A DNA stretch of 64,000 nt from contig JAZKBM010000007.1 in NCBI GenBank assembly GCA_040388645.1, positions 160,942 to 224,941 of the forward strand, given 5' to 3'. Position 1 is the stretch's first letter. Every line of letters begins with the position of its first letter. The notes beneath the pieces are model-generated. The model was given only the letters and a program-made list of their open reading frames with translations, searched no databases and had not been told where the DNA came from. Made by a program: the position numbers and the translations under genes. Source of the DNA: Pseudomonadota bacterium (GTDB taxonomy: Bacteria > Pseudomonadota > Gammaproteobacteria > Burkholderiales > Sulfuriferulaceae). Positions 1 to 10,619 of the stretch are shown piece by piece.

Positions 1-69
1 GGTACGGCTGGTCGCCTGATCATCAAGGATCAGGACGGTGCCGGTTGCGGGCAAATTGAAATTGGTCAT
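1..69 (-). CDS. Response-regulator receiver domain, 5' end only (the gene runs off the left edge of the window)
   Basis: Reverse-strand translation from the ATG at 69 gives MTNFNLPATGTVLILDDQATSRT. This is the beta1 strand plus acidic pair typical of CheY-like receivers. Only 23 codons are visible. In-frame ATGs also occur at 96, 111 and 180; the one at 180 lies upstream of the sigma-28 promoter. Confidence 0.4.
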   Translation of the reverse strand, partial: MTNFNLPATGTVLILDDQATSRT

Positions 70-118
70 AATGCCGTCTTGGTGGAGATTCGACATGGGT
101 GTGTCATTCATATTAATG

Positions 119-145
119 TTATCGGCAAGACGGGCAGAAGCTTTA
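119..145 (-). promoter_or_regulatory. Sigma-28 (FliA)-type promoter reading leftwards into the response-regulator gene
   Basis: The reverse strand (145 down to 119) reads TAAAGCTT-ctgcccgtctt-GCCGATAA. This matches the enteric FliA consensus TAAAGTTT-N11-GCCGATAA at 15 of 16 positions with exact spacing. fliA itself is in this window. Confidence 0.6.
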
Positions 146-339
146 TTCCATCTGGCGGCTTTACTTGCTGTCACATGCATAACGATTTGGCATCTCGAAA
201 ATTAGTGTGTAACCATATGATTTTTATAAAAAACACATGATCAAGATCGTGACGAGTATAATCCACTCAGTCTAGTTGTAGTAAGCATAGATTGTTTGCT
301 TCATTTTAACCACTGCACAATCAAGCATTCTGGAATCCC

Positions 340-1539
340 ATGTCCTCACTTAAACAACAAGCGCTCGATTACCATCAGTTTCCCAAACCCGGCAAACTTT
401 CCGTTGAATCCTCCAAGCCTTGCGCCACCCAGCATGAACTCTCGCTCGCCTATAGTCCCGGAGTCGCTGAACCAGTACGGGAGATCGGTGCTGACCCGGA
501 ACTGGCTTATCGTTATACCAATAAAGGTAATCTAGTCGCGGTGATTACCGACGGGACGGCGATACTGGGTTTAGGCAATCTGGGGCCGCTGGCCGCCAAG
601 CCTGTAATGGAAGGTAAGGGGGTGCTGTTCAAGCGTTTTGCCGGAATTGACGTATTCGATATTGAAATCAATGCGCCGAGCGTACAGGCATTTATTGATA
701 CCGTGGTGAATATCGCACCCACTTTCGGGGGCATCAATCTGGAAGACATCGCCGCGCCGCATTGTTTCGAAATTGAACAGGCTTTATCCGAGCGGCTCGA
801 TATTCCGGTTTTCCACGATGACCAGCACGGTACAGCGGTGATCATCTGTGCCGGCCTGATTAATGCATTGCAGGTACAGGGAAAAAAGCTGGCGGATGCC
901 AGGATCGTTTGTCTGGGTGCCGGCGCGGCAGGTAACGCATCCTTGCGGTTGTTATTGGCCATGGGGGCGGACAAATCCAAATTGCTGGTAGTAGATAAAG
1001 TGGGTGTGCTGCATACAGGCATGACCGATTTGCCACCCCATCATGCTTTCTTTGCTGCGGATACGGATGCCAGAACACTTGCCGATGCGATGCAAGGCGC
1101 GGATGCATTCATCGGTGTGTCAGCAGCCAATCTGGTAAATGCGGCAATGATCAAGAGCATGGCCGATAAGCCGGTGGTATTTGCGCTGGCCAACCCGGAC
1201 CCAGAGATTACTCCCGAGGCAGCTCATGCGGCGCGGGACGATCTCATTATGGCAACAGGACGCTCGGATTACCCGAATCAGGTAAACAATATATTGGGTT
1301 TCCCCTTCATTTTTCGCGGGGCGCTCGATGCGCGCGCCAAACGCATCACTCAAAAAATGTTGATTGCTGCAGTGCAGGCGCTGATGGATTTGACGCGCGA
1401 GCCGGTACCGGCCGATGTACTCGCCATTTATGGATTGTCCGAATTGGCATTCGGACGTGACTACATCCTGCCCAAACCATTCGATGCGCGTTTGATCGAG
1501 CGTATCCCGCCCGCTGTCGTGAAAGCGGCAAAGGAATAA
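340..1539 (+). CDS. NAD(P)-dependent malic enzyme, short form without a PTA-like domain
   Basis: 399-aa ORF. The N-terminus reads LDYHQFPKPGKL...LSLAYSPGVAEP and is followed by a GAGAAG dinucleotide-binding motif, both typical of bacterial malic enzymes. Confidence 0.9.
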   Translation: MSSLKQQALDYHQFPKPGKLSVESSKPCATQHELSLAYSPGVAEPVREIGADPELAYRYTNKGNLVAVITDGTAILGLGNLGPLAAKPVMEGKGVLFKRFAGIDVFDIEINAPSVQAFIDTVVNIAPTFGGINLEDIAAPHCFEIEQALSERLDIPVFHDDQHGTAVIICAGLINALQVQGKKLADARIVCLGAGAAGNASLRLLLAMGADKSKLLVVDKVGVLHTGMTDLPPHHAFFAADTDARTLADAMQGADAFIGVSAANLVNAAMIKSMADKPVVFALANPDPEITPEAAHAARDDLIMATGRSDYPNQVNNILGFPFIFRGALDARAKRITQKMLIAAVQALMDLTREPVPADVLAIYGLSELAFGRDYILPKPFDARLIERIPPAVVKAAKE

Positions 1540-1543
1540 ACCG

Positions 1544-1921
1544 GTGCCGCATTCGTCCCGGCCGGTTTACCTCGACCTGAGGAAAATTCACCTGCCTTTG
1601 CCGGGGTGGGTATCTATCCTGCAGCGCATGAGTGGCGCTGTTTTGTTTCTTGTCACGCCGCTGTTGTTGTACCTGCTGCAAACTTCATTCGACATCGACG
1701 GCTACGCACAATTGCACGCATGGCTCCTCATGCCCGCAGTCAAAGTACTGTTGACGCTATTGCTGTGGGGCTATTTGCAGCATCTGCTGGGCGGATTGCG
1801 CTTCTTGCTGCTGGATATTCATGTTGGCACGAGCTTGGTGACCGCACGCAAACTGTCTGCAGCCACGCTATTTGCAAGCGGCTTGTTGACCCTGATGATT
1901 GCGGTCAAATGGTTATGGTAG
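1544..1921 (+). CDS. sdhC: Succinate dehydrogenase cytochrome b556 subunit
   Basis: 125-aa membrane protein with a GTG start 4 nt after the malic enzyme stop. It is first in an sdhCDAB arrangement. Confidence 0.85.
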   Translation: MPHSSRPVYLDLRKIHLPLPGWVSILQRMSGAVLFLVTPLLLYLLQTSFDIDGYAQLHAWLLMPAVKVLLTLLLWGYLQHLLGGLRFLLLDIHVGTSLVTARKLSAATLFASGLLTLMIAVKWLW

Positions 1922-2244
1922 GGGGTGCGTTGTCCATGTGGCTGGTGCAGCGAATAAGTGCCTTGCTTTTGGCTGCCTATTCGCTCTTTTTCCCGTTATG
2001 GATTGCACTGCATTGGCCGCTGGATTTTACTGCCTGGCGCGGATTATTCATGCCTTTGCCAATACGGATAATGACACTGCTATTTGTGGCAGCGCTGGCG
2101 TTACATGCCTGGGTGGGAATGCGCGATATTTTTATGGATTATGTACATCCATTGGGTTTACGCCTGGCTTTACATAGCGCAGCCTTGCTCTGGCTGGTAG
2201 TTTGCGTGATATGGGCAGGGGCTATTTTGTGGCGCTTGCCATGA
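1909..2244 (+). CDS. sdhD: Succinate dehydrogenase membrane anchor subunit
   Basis: This is the C-terminal part of track ORF 1606-2244. An internal ATG at 1909 (or 1915) overlaps the sdhC stop. The product is about 111 aa with three hydrophobic helices, located between sdhC and sdhA. Confidence 0.8.
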   Translation: MVMVGGALSMWLVQRISALLLAAYSLFFPLWIALHWPLDFTAWRGLFMPLPIRIMTLLFVAALALHAWVGMRDIFMDYVHPLGLRLALHSAALLWLVVCVIWAGAILWRLP

Positions 2245-4004
2245 TGCCGGCCAAGCGAAAATTTGATGCAGTCATTATTGGCGGCGGCGGGGCCGGGCTG
2301 CGCGCCGCGTTGCAATTATCCGGTTCCGGATTGCAAGTGGCAGTGGTCTCGAAGGTATTCCCGACACGTTCGCATACTGTATCAGCGCAGGGCGGTATTA
2401 CCGCCGCGCTGGGCAATGTCACGCCGGATAACTGGCACTGGCACATGTATGACACCGTGAAAGGCTCGGATTACCTGGGTGATCAGGACGCCATCGAATA
2501 CATGTGCCGCCATGCTGCCGATGCGGTGATCGAACTGGAACACATGGGGCTGCCATTCTCGCGGCTGGATAATGGCCGTATCTACCAGCGTCCATTTGGT
2601 GGCCAGTCCATGAATTATGGGGGAGAGCAGGCTACGCGTACCTGCGCTGCCGCAGATCGTACCGGTCACGCATTGCTGCATACCCTGCACCAGCAAAATC
2701 TGAAGGCACGCACCCATTTCTTTGATGAGTATTTTGCGCTTGATTTGTTGCGGGATGCCGACGGTTATGTACTGGGTGTGACAACATTGTGTATTGAAAC
2801 CGGCGTCCCGCTGGTAATCGAGGCGCGAGCGACTTTGCTGGCAACGGGCGGGGCGGGTCGAATTTTTCGCTACTCCACCAACGCTCATATCAATACCGGC
2901 GATGGACTGGGTATGGTATTGCGTGCGGGCCTTGCGCTACAGGATATGGAGTTCTGGCAGTTTCACCCCACCGGATTGCCCGGTTCTGGCAGTCTGATTT
3001 CTGAGGGTGTACGCGGAGAAGGTGGCTATCTGGTCAATAACCAGGGCGAACGTTTTATGGAGCGTTATGCGCCGCACGCCAAAGATCTTGCAGGGCGTGA
3101 TGTGGTGGCACGTGCGGTGGCCATGGAAATCCATGCCGGGCGTGGTTGCGGGCCACAAGGCGATACCATACATCTAAAGCTCGACCATCTTGGTGCGACG
3201 CTGATCAAAGACAAACTTCCCGGCATTCGCGAACTGGCGATGCGTTTTGCCGGGGTCGATCCGATTGATGAACCGATTCCGATTGTGCCGACGGCACACT
3301 ACATGATGGGTGGTATCCCCACCAATCTGCATGGTCAGGTGGTGATGCCAGCGCGTTTCGGTCCCGAAGAGCCGGTGCCCGGACTGTATGCCGTGGGTGA
3401 ATGCGCCTGTGTTTCAGTACATGGTGCCAATCGTCTGGGCGGCAACTCGCTGCTGGATCTGGTCGTGTTCGGCCGTGCTGCCGGCAACCACATCATCGAA
3501 ACACTGCGCGAGAATCCATTCCCGCGGCTGTTGCCGGAATCCGCTGCCGAAGTCGCTTTGGCGCGACTGGCGCGCTGGAATAAAACCGGCGCGGGTGAAA
3601 ATGTAGCTGATCTGCGCTTGGCACTGCAAACACTGATGCAAAAACATTGCGGTGTATTCCGTACCGAAACTTTGATTCGTGAAGGCATCGCTGCCCTGAA
3701 TGTTCTTGAGAGCAGGCTGGATAATGGCCGCCTTGCCGATCATGGACAGATATTCAATACCGCCCGTATCGAGGCGCTAGAGTTGGAAAATCTGTTCGGC
3801 ATAGCTCGCGCGACGCTGGTTTCTGCATTGGCGCGTACCGAGAGCCGTGGCGCGCATGCGCGTGAGGATTACCCTGAGCGGGATGACGATCACTGGCTTA
3901 AACACACCTTGTATAGCCGCGAGAACGATCAGATCGATACCAAGCCGGTACGTTTGAAACCGCTCACCGTGGAACCGTTTTTACCCAAAGAGCGAAGCTA
4001 CTGA
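2241..4004 (+). CDS. sdhA: Succinate dehydrogenase flavoprotein subunit
   Basis: FAD-binding [16 protein letters not shown] lies near the N-terminus, [10 protein letters not shown] carries the covalent-FAD His, and similarity to SdhA runs full length. The start is taken at MMPAKRKF (2241), overlapping the sdhD stop. Confidence 0.95.
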   Translation: MMPAKRKFDAVIIGGGGAGLRAALQLSGSGLQVAVVSKVFPTRSHTVSAQGGITAALGNVTPDNWHWHMYDTVKGSDYLGDQDAIEYMCRHAADAVIELEHMGLPFSRLDNGRIYQRPFGGQSMNYGGEQATRTCAAADRTGHALLHTLHQQNLKARTHFFDEYFALDLLRDADGYVLGVTTLCIETGVPLVIEARATLLATGGAGRIFRYSTNAHINTGDGLGMVLRAGLALQDMEFWQFHPTGLPGSGSLISEGVRGEGGYLVNNQGERFMERYAPHAKDLAGRDVVARAVAMEIHAGRGCGPQGDTIHLKLDHLGATLIKDKLPGIRELAMRFAGVDPIDEPIPIVPTAHYMMGGIPTNLHGQVVMPARFGPEEPVPGLYAVGECACVSVHGANRLGGNSLLDLVVFGRAAGNHIIETLRENPFPRLLPESAAEVALARLARWNKTGAGENVADLRLALQTLMQKHCGVFRTETLIREGIAALNVLESRLDNGRLADHGQIFNTARIEALELENLFGIARATLVSALARTESRGAHAREDYPERDDDHWLKHTLYSRENDQIDTKPVRLKPLTVEPFLPKERSY

Positions 4005-4702
4005 TGCGCTTCTCCATTTACCGTTACGATCCCGAACAAGATGGCAAGCCACGTATGCAGGCCTATGACCTGGACATTGAGCCAGCCGGTAACATGCTGC
4101 TGGATGCGCTGTTGCTGATCAAGGATACGCTTGATGGCACGCTCAGCTTGCGTCGCTCCTGTCGTGAAGGAGTCTGTGGCTCGGATGGCATGAACATCAA
4201 CGGCAGCAACGGTCTCGCCTGTATTACGCCATTGCTTGATCTGAAGCAGCCGGTGGAAGTACGCCCGTTACCTGGTTTGCCGGTGATACGTGACCTCGTG
4301 GTGGATATGACGCCACTCAATCAGCAGTATCGTTCTGTCGAGCCATGGCTCAAGAATGCCGATCCCGCGCCGGAAATGGAGCGCCTGCAAACCCCGCAAC
4401 AGCGCGAGCAACTGGATGGTTTGGTAGAGTGCATCCAGTGCGGCTGCTGTTCTTCAGCATGCCCGTCATTCTGGTGGAATCCGGACAAGTTTGTCGGACC
4501 TGCTGGCTTGCTGGCGGCTTATCGTTTTATTGCGGATAGTCGTGATCAGAATGGCAATCAGCGCCTGGACAATCTGCAAGACCCTTATCGCCTGTTTCGC
4601 TGTCATGGCATCATGAATTGTGTTTCGGTATGTCCAAAAGGGCTGAATCCTACGGCTGCAATTGGTAAAATGAAAACGCTGCTGGTCAAGCGCAGCACAT
4701 GA
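4004..4702 (+). CDS. sdhB: Succinate dehydrogenase iron-sulfur subunit
   Basis: Three cysteine clusters are present: [33 protein letters not shown] and [12 protein letters not shown]. The start overlaps the sdhA stop (TGATG). Confidence 0.95.
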   Translation: MRFSIYRYDPEQDGKPRMQAYDLDIEPAGNMLLDALLLIKDTLDGTLSLRRSCREGVCGSDGMNINGSNGLACITPLLDLKQPVEVRPLPGLPVIRDLVVDMTPLNQQYRSVEPWLKNADPAPEMERLQTPQQREQLDGLVECIQCGCCSSACPSFWWNPDKFVGPAGLLAAYRFIADSRDQNGNQRLDNLQDPYRLFRCHGIMNCVSVCPKGLNPTAAIGKMKTLLVKRST

Positions 4703-4938
4703 ACGAATTAAATCGACTGCGTTGGCGTGCCCGACGCGGTATGCTTGAGCTGGATATCCTGCTACTGGATTTTCTGGAACACCATTATCCTGGGCTTTCG
4801 TCCAGTATGCAGCATGCTTTCGGTATGCTTCTTGATATGGACGATGGCGAGTTGTGGAACATGATCCAGACTGAACAGCCGGCGGGTGACCCCCAGCAGG
4901 TAGAAATTATTGAACGGTTGCAGAAAGGGAAGCAAAAA
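4699..4938 (+). CDS. sdhE: SdhE/YgfY-type FAD assembly factor module (no stop codon; reads in frame into gltA)
   Basis: The first 80 codons of track ORF 4699-6234 read [24 protein letters not shown]..., containing the RGxxE motif family of SdhE (DUF339). ATGA overlap with the sdhB stop. No stop codon precedes the gltA ATG at 4939. Confidence 0.75.
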
Positions 4939-6234
4939 ATGAAGGCTCCGACTAAAGTTACCCTCACTTTTGATAACGGTGCCAAACCCATCGAATTGCC
5001 TGTGCTGGCCGGGAATTTGGGTCCGCGCGTGATTGATATCCGCAGTCTGGGGAAATCCGGTTACTTTACTTATGACCCGGGTTTTCAGGCGACTGCAAGC
5101 TGCAGTTCCAGCATCACCTTCATTGATGGCGACAAAGGCTTGCTATATTACCGTGGCTATCCAATCGAACAATTGGCCCAGCATTCGGACTTCATTGAGG
5201 TGGCTTACCTGCTGCAATACGGCGAATTGCCGAATGAGAAGCAAAAACTGCATTTTGATACCACCATGCGACAGCATAGTATGTTGCACGATCAAATCAG
5301 CAATGTGTTTCGCGGTTTCCGCCGTGATGCGCATCCCATGGCTGTGATGGTTGGGGTGGTTGGTGCATTGTCTGCGTTTTACCATGATTCACTGGATATC
5401 AGCGATCCGCGTCATCGTGAGATATCGGCTTTCCGTTTACTGGCTAAAGTCCCTACCATTGCCGCCTGGAGCTACAAATACAACATAGGCCAGCCTTTCA
5501 TGTACCCGCAGAACAAGCTGGGTTATGTGGAGAACTTCATGCACATGATGTTCGCTACACCGTGCGAGCCGTACACCGCAAATCCGGTTCTGACCCGTGC
5601 GCTGGAGCGCATCATGATTCTGCATGCTGACCATGAACAGAACGCCTCGACTTCGACCGTGCGGCTGGCGGGTTCTTCCGGAGCGAACCCATTCGCCTGT
5701 ATCTCGGCGGGGATTGCTTCGCTGTGGGGACCTGCGCATGGCGGTGCCAATGAGGCTGCATTGTCCATGCTGGAAGAAATCGGCGATGTTTCCCGCATTG
5801 GAGCTTATATCGAGCGTGCCAAGGACAAAAGCAATTCGTTTCGTCTAATGGGCTTCGGCCATCGGATCTACAAAAATATGGATCCGCGGGCGGCCGTGAT
5901 GCGTGAAACATGCCATGAGGTGCTGGACGAACTTGGCCTCAATGATGATCCTCTGTTCAGGATTGCACTGAAACTTGAGCAGATTGCACTGGAGGATGAA
6001 TATTTCGTTGCCAAGAAACTTTACCCGAATGTGGATTTCTATTCCGGCATTGTATTGCGCGCGCTGGGTATCCCTACCAATATGTTTACAGCCATGTTTG
6101 CGTTGGCACGCACCGCTGGCTGGGTGGCGCAATGGAACGAAATGATAGGCGATCCGGAAAACAAAATCGGGCGGCCACGTCAACTCTACGTAGGCGATGT
6201 GCGGCGTGACTATGTAGCGATGGATAAACGGTAG
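4939..6234 (+). CDS. gltA: Citrate synthase (type II)
   Basis: 431 codons from [14 protein letters not shown]. Catalytic-region motifs [10 protein letters not shown] and MGFGHRIYK are present. AAGGGA lies 8 nt upstream of the ATG. Confidence 0.95.
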   Translation: MKAPTKVTLTFDNGAKPIELPVLAGNLGPRVIDIRSLGKSGYFTYDPGFQATASCSSSITFIDGDKGLLYYRGYPIEQLAQHSDFIEVAYLLQYGELPNEKQKLHFDTTMRQHSMLHDQISNVFRGFRRDAHPMAVMVGVVGALSAFYHDSLDISDPRHREISAFRLLAKVPTIAAWSYKYNIGQPFMYPQNKLGYVENFMHMMFATPCEPYTANPVLTRALERIMILHADHEQNASTSTVRLAGSSGANPFACISAGIASLWGPAHGGANEAALSMLEEIGDVSRIGAYIERAKDKSNSFRLMGFGHRIYKNMDPRAAVMRETCHEVLDELGLNDDPLFRIALKLEQIALEDEYFVAKKLYPNVDFYSGIVLRALGIPTNMFTAMFALARTAGWVAQWNEMIGDPENKIGRPRQLYVGDVRRDYVAMDKR

Positions 6235-6238
6235 TCAC

Positions 6239-8983
6239 ATGGATCCGTGGCAGGAGCAGGGCGCTCTGTTTTCCGGCAATGCGCCCTTGCTGGAAGCCTT
6301 GTTCGATGCTTATCTGGCTGATCCAGGCAGCATTCCTGCGCACTGGCGGGACTGGTTTGATGCGCTGTCACCCGCCACCGGCGCAAACCTGACCTCCCCT
6401 GCGCCATCTTCCAATACACCATGCGACTCGCGTCAGGTGAGTGTATTGCAATTGATCAATGCGTATCGCTTTCTCGGCGTGCGCCGTGCCGATTTGGATC
6501 CGCTCAAGCGGTTTTCCCTGCCGGAGGTCCCGGAGCTTGATCCGTCACATTACGGCCTGACGCAGGAAGATAACGTCAGGCTGTTTGATACGGGGTCGCT
6601 GGTCGCGCCTGCACAGGCTGCACTGAGTGATATTTTGCACATCTTGCGCCGCACCTATTGCGGTACGCTGGCGACAGAGTACATGTATCTGTCCGACAAT
6701 ATCCGCAAACGCTGGCTGCAGGCACGGCTGGAGGGTTGTCTGGCTACACCGCAGCTCGATACATCACAAAAAAAACGCATCCTCGAAGGACTCACCTCGG
6801 CCGAGACCCTCGAAAAATTTCTGCATACACGCTATGTTGGGCAAAAGCGATTTTCACTGGAAGGCGCTGAAACCCTGATTCCCATGCTGCATGGGGTGAT
6901 CGAGGGTGCATCGCAACGCGGTGCGCAGGAAATTGTGCTGGGTATGGCACATCGTGGACGGATCAATGTGCTGGTCAATGTATTGGGCAAGCCGTTGAAT
7001 CAGATATTCGGCCCTGCGCAGGTCCATGTGGATGGCGCTTTGACAGGTGATGTCAAATATCACCAGGGTTTTTCCACCGATGTGACAACTGGTAACGGGA
7101 CTGTGCACCTGGCGCTTGCCTTCAATCCTTCCCATCTGGAAATTGTTCATCCGGTTGTGCGTGGTTCGGTACGCGCGCGCCAGCAGCGTCGTGGTGATCA
7201 TGACGGCGTTGAAGTAGTGCCGGTCATTTTGCATGGCGATGCGGCTTTTTCCGGTCAGGGTGTGGTGATGGAAAGCCTGAACATGTCGCAGACACGCGGC
7301 TTCACAAATGGCGGCGGCATCCATATTGTCATCAATAATCAGATCGGATTTACCACATCGGATCCGCGCGATACACGCTCCTCCCTATACTGCACTGATG
7401 TGGCAAAAATGATCGAGGCACCGGTATTGCATGTCAACGCCGACGATCCTGAAGCGGCGTTGCTGGCAGTCGAGATTGCGCTCGATTACCGACGTGAGTT
7501 CCACAAAAATATTATCATTGATCTGGTGTGTTTTCGCCGTCACGGTCACAACGAGCAAGATGAACCGGCGGTAACGCAACCGTTGATGTATCACAAGATA
7601 TCTGAACATCCTGGCACGCGCGCGCTGTATGCAGGAAAACTGGCGGGCGAAGCGGTCGTCACTGAGACTGAAGCGATAAATATGGTTGCAGCTTATCGGG
7701 AGCAACTGGAAACCGACGGGCGCATCGTACAACCTGCAGTATCATTATACAAACGCGCTTACGCCGCCAACTGGAAAGCCTATCGTGACATCGATTGGCA
7801 ACATCCGGCCGAGACTGCGTTGCCTCTTGCACAATTGCAGGCGCTGGCAGAAACAATATATACGATCCCTGACGGCTTTACGCTGCACCCTCGCGTCGCC
7901 CGAATTCTGGGTGACCGGAGCGAGATGGCAAACGGAAATTTGCCGCTTGACTGGGGTATGGCAGAAAATTTGGCCTATGCGAGCCTGTTACGTGACGGAT
8001 ATCCAGTACGTTTATCCGGCCAGGATAGCGGACGGGGCACATTTTTCCACCGTCATGCGGTGCTCCATGATCAGCAACGTGAACGCTGGGATGCAGGCGA
8101 ATATGTGCCACTGCAACATGTTTACCCGAATCAGCCGCATTTTGTGGTGATTGATTCCCTGCTGTCTGAACTGGCAGTGCTCGCATTTGAATATGGCTAT
8201 GCGACAGCCGAGCCGGATGAACTGGTGATCTGGGAAGCTCAATTCGGCGATTTCGCCAATGGCGCGCAGGTGGTGATCGATCAATTCATAGCCAGTGGAG
8301 AAGCCAAATGGGGACGTCTGTGCGGCCTTACGCTGCTGTTGCCGCATGGGCAGGAAGGGCAGGGGCCGGAACATTCGTCGGCACGTCTCGAACGTTTCAT
8401 GCAGTTGTGTGCCAACGACAATATTCAGGTGTGCCAACCGACCACTGCAGCGCAGATGTTTCATCTTATTCGTCGCCAGATGCTGCGCCCGTACCGCAAG
8501 CCGCTAATCGTGATGACCCCGAAAAGTTTATTGCGAGCCAAGTCGGCTGGATCACCGCTTGAAGCGTTCACCAGCGGTGGATTTAGTGCCGTGATCGGTG
8601 CCGAGGAAGCAGTCAGTGCCACTCATGTACGCCGCGTCGTAGCGTGTAGCGGTAAAGTTTACTTTGAACTGCTGGATGCCTTAAAGGCGCGCGTTGTCAC
8701 TGATATCGCGCTGGTACGTATTGAGCAACTTTATCCGTTTCCGCGCGATGCGTTCAGCACGGAAATGGCGCGTTACCCGAATGCAACCGAGTTGGTATGG
8801 GCGCAGGAAGAACCTCAGAATCAGGGTGCGTGGTTTTCCATTCAGCATCACTTGCGTGAATGTATAGTCGCGACACAGGGCATGCGCTACGCCGGTAGAC
8901 CTTTCGCAGCTTCGCCTGCAGCAGGCTATCCTGAAGTGTTCGAAGCACAACGCAAAGCGTTGATAGACGAGGCCCTCCTATAA
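6239..8983 (+). CDS. sucA: 2-oxoglutarate dehydrogenase E1 component
   Basis: 914 aa, collinear with SucA over its full length, including the thiamine-diphosphate region HGDAAFSGQGVV...NNQIGFTT. Confidence 0.95.
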   Translation: MDPWQEQGALFSGNAPLLEALFDAYLADPGSIPAHWRDWFDALSPATGANLTSPAPSSNTPCDSRQVSVLQLINAYRFLGVRRADLDPLKRFSLPEVPELDPSHYGLTQEDNVRLFDTGSLVAPAQAALSDILHILRRTYCGTLATEYMYLSDNIRKRWLQARLEGCLATPQLDTSQKKRILEGLTSAETLEKFLHTRYVGQKRFSLEGAETLIPMLHGVIEGASQRGAQEIVLGMAHRGRINVLVNVLGKPLNQIFGPAQVHVDGALTGDVKYHQGFSTDVTTGNGTVHLALAFNPSHLEIVHPVVRGSVRARQQRRGDHDGVEVVPVILHGDAAFSGQGVVMESLNMSQTRGFTNGGGIHIVINNQIGFTTSDPRDTRSSLYCTDVAKMIEAPVLHVNADDPEAALLAVEIALDYRREFHKNIIIDLVCFRRHGHNEQDEPAVTQPLMYHKISEHPGTRALYAGKLAGEAVVTETEAINMVAAYREQLETDGRIVQPAVSLYKRAYAANWKAYRDIDWQHPAETALPLAQLQALAETIYTIPDGFTLHPRVARILGDRSEMANGNLPLDWGMAENLAYASLLRDGYPVRLSGQDSGRGTFFHRHAVLHDQQRERWDAGEYVPLQHVYPNQPHFVVIDSLLSELAVLAFEYGYATAEPDELVIWEAQFGDFANGAQVVIDQFIASGEAKWGRLCGLTLLLPHGQEGQGPEHSSARLERFMQLCANDNIQVCQPTTAAQMFHLIRRQMLRPYRKPLIVMTPKSLLRAKSAGSPLEAFTSGGFSAVIGAEEAVSATHVRRVVACSGKVYFELLDALKARVVTDIALVRIEQLYPFPRDAFSTEMARYPNATELVWAQEEPQNQGAWFSIQHHLRECIVATQGMRYAGRPFAASPAAGYPEVFEAQRKALIDEALL

Positions 8984-10108
8984 ATGCTGATCGAAGTTAA
9001 AACACCCGAGCTGTCCGATTCGATTACTGAAGGCACGCTGCTGGAATGGCACAAGCAACCCGGTGACGCTGTCATCCGTGATGAAACTCTTATTGATCTG
9101 GAAACCGACAAGGTCATACTTGAAATTTCCGCACCCGCTTCCGGCGTGCTGGTGGCGTTACTGCGCGAAAATGGAGCGGTGGTTACGGCGGGTGAGGTGA
9201 TCGCACACATTGAAAATGGCGAGGCCGAGACCCAAGTACCCGATTCGTCTGTAGAAGTACCCAAACAGAAGGTAACGGAGGATAAAGCGGAGACGAGTGT
9301 CTTACCGGAAAAGCCCGCGCCCGTTAGCCAGGCTATTGCGCGGCCAGTTGTACCAGCACCAACTGCGCAACAGACCTCGCACCAAATCGTGGTCGATTCC
9401 CGTCTGGGACGCAATGAACGTCGCGAGCCCATGAGTCGTCTGCGCACCCGTATCGCCGAGCGTCTGCTGTCCGCACAGCACAGCGCAGCTATTCTGACCA
9501 CGTTCAATGAAGTGAACATGCAGCCGGTGATGGATCTGCGCGCTCGCTACAAGGATGATTTCCTGCGTGAACATGGTGTCAAGTTAGGGTTCATGTCTTT
9601 CTTCGCCAAAGCAGCGGTGCTGGCGTTGAAACAGTTCCCCGTCGTCAACGCTTCGATCAATGGTAACGAGATCGTGTACCACGATTACTATGATCTCGGT
9701 ATTGCAGTTTCCACGACGCGCGGTTTAGTGGTGCCCGTTTTGCGCGATGCAGACTGCAAGGGTTTCGCCGAGATCGAACGCGGTATCGGCGACTTTGTGC
9801 AACGTGCCGAAACCTTGCAATTGACCCTGAAAGAACTCAGTGGAGGAACATTTTCGATCAGTAACGGTGGCGTATTTGGTTCGCTGCTATCCACGCCGAT
9901 CCTGAATCCGCCCCAGTCCGCCATTCTGGGGATGCACAAAATTCAGGAACGCCCCATTGCTGAAAAAGGCCAGGTGATCATCCGTCCGATGATGTATCTC
10001 GCATTGTCCTACGACCACCGTCTGATCGATGGGCGTGAAGCTGTGCAGTTTCTGGTGGAGATAAAAAACGCACTGGAAGATCCGGCGCGGTTGATGCTGG
10101 GTATATGA
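8984..10108 (+). CDS. sucB: Dihydrolipoyllysine-residue succinyltransferase (E2 of 2-oxoglutarate dehydrogenase)
   Basis: One N-terminal lipoyl domain ([10 protein letters not shown]), a Pro/Ala linker, and a catalytic domain ending in SYDHRLIDG. Confidence 0.95.
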   Translation: MLIEVKTPELSDSITEGTLLEWHKQPGDAVIRDETLIDLETDKVILEISAPASGVLVALLRENGAVVTAGEVIAHIENGEAETQVPDSSVEVPKQKVTEDKAETSVLPEKPAPVSQAIARPVVPAPTAQQTSHQIVVDSRLGRNERREPMSRLRTRIAERLLSAQHSAAILTTFNEVNMQPVMDLRARYKDDFLREHGVKLGFMSFFAKAAVLALKQFPVVNASINGNEIVYHDYYDLGIAVSTTRGLVVPVLRDADCKGFAEIERGIGDFVQRAETLQLTLKELSGGTFSISNGGVFGSLLSTPILNPPQSAILGMHKIQERPIAEKGQVIIRPMMYLALSYDHRLIDGREAVQFLVEIKNALEDPARLMLGI

Positions 10109-10126
10109 CAATCTCTGGTACCCGCT

Positions 10127-10618
10127 TCAACCGGCGCTACTATTTTCCCTCTCACGGATTAGCCAGTAAGCAATAGCAAGTGCGAGCACGGCAGATGCCA
10201 AGGCCAGGATGGTCCCGTCGCGGATTTCACCGACGTCAAGAACGATGAATTTGCGCGAGATAGCCAGTAACCCGATGAGCAGCACGGTTTTCACTTGAAT
10301 AATACTTTCTTTCCTGGCAACGACTTTGAGAATGGAATGTTTGAATTCCAGGGCAATCAGTACGGTCAATATCTGGCCGAAAAGTGATTGAAATAGTGTG
10401 TGATCCAGCGGATTTGCGGCGTTCACCACAATTAGCTGAAACACTTCTTTGGATAGTTCCAGTAGGGCAACCACGATAATCACTGCAATCAGCCCGGTCA
10501 GGACCAAAGCCACGCCTTGTTCGAATTTTTCGTACAGAGTCATGACATTCCACTGAGTCAGAGCCTGCGCAAAACGCGACTTGCGGTCGGCGTCTATAAC
10601 TGCTTGCTCATCCAGCAT
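10127..10618 (-). CDS. psiE: PsiE-family (phosphate-starvation-inducible E-like) inner-membrane protein
   Basis: 163 aa with four predicted helices and the pattern LIALEFKHSI...VKTVLLIGLLAISRKFIVLD, recalled from PsiE family members. The start sits 2 nt after the hsp20 stop. Confidence 0.55.
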   Translation of the reverse strand: MLDEQAVIDADRKSRFAQALTQWNVMTLYEKFEQGVALVLTGLIAVIIVVALLELSKEVFQLIVVNAANPLDHTLFQSLFGQILTVLIALEFKHSILKVVARKESIIQVKTVLLIGLLAISRKFIVLDVGEIRDGTILALASAVLALAIAYWLIRERENSSAG

Positions 10619-10619
10619 G

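Noticed and set aside
1606-1908. N-terminal 101 codons of the 212-aa track ORF containing sdhD
   Set aside because: This part lies out of frame inside sdhC. SdhD homology begins only at the internal ATG at 1909/1915, which overlaps the sdhC stop.
8984-10126. No lpd (E3) gene after sucAB
   Set aside because: E3 is frequently encoded elsewhere and shared with pyruvate dehydrogenase. Absence from this position is not informative without the rest of the genome.
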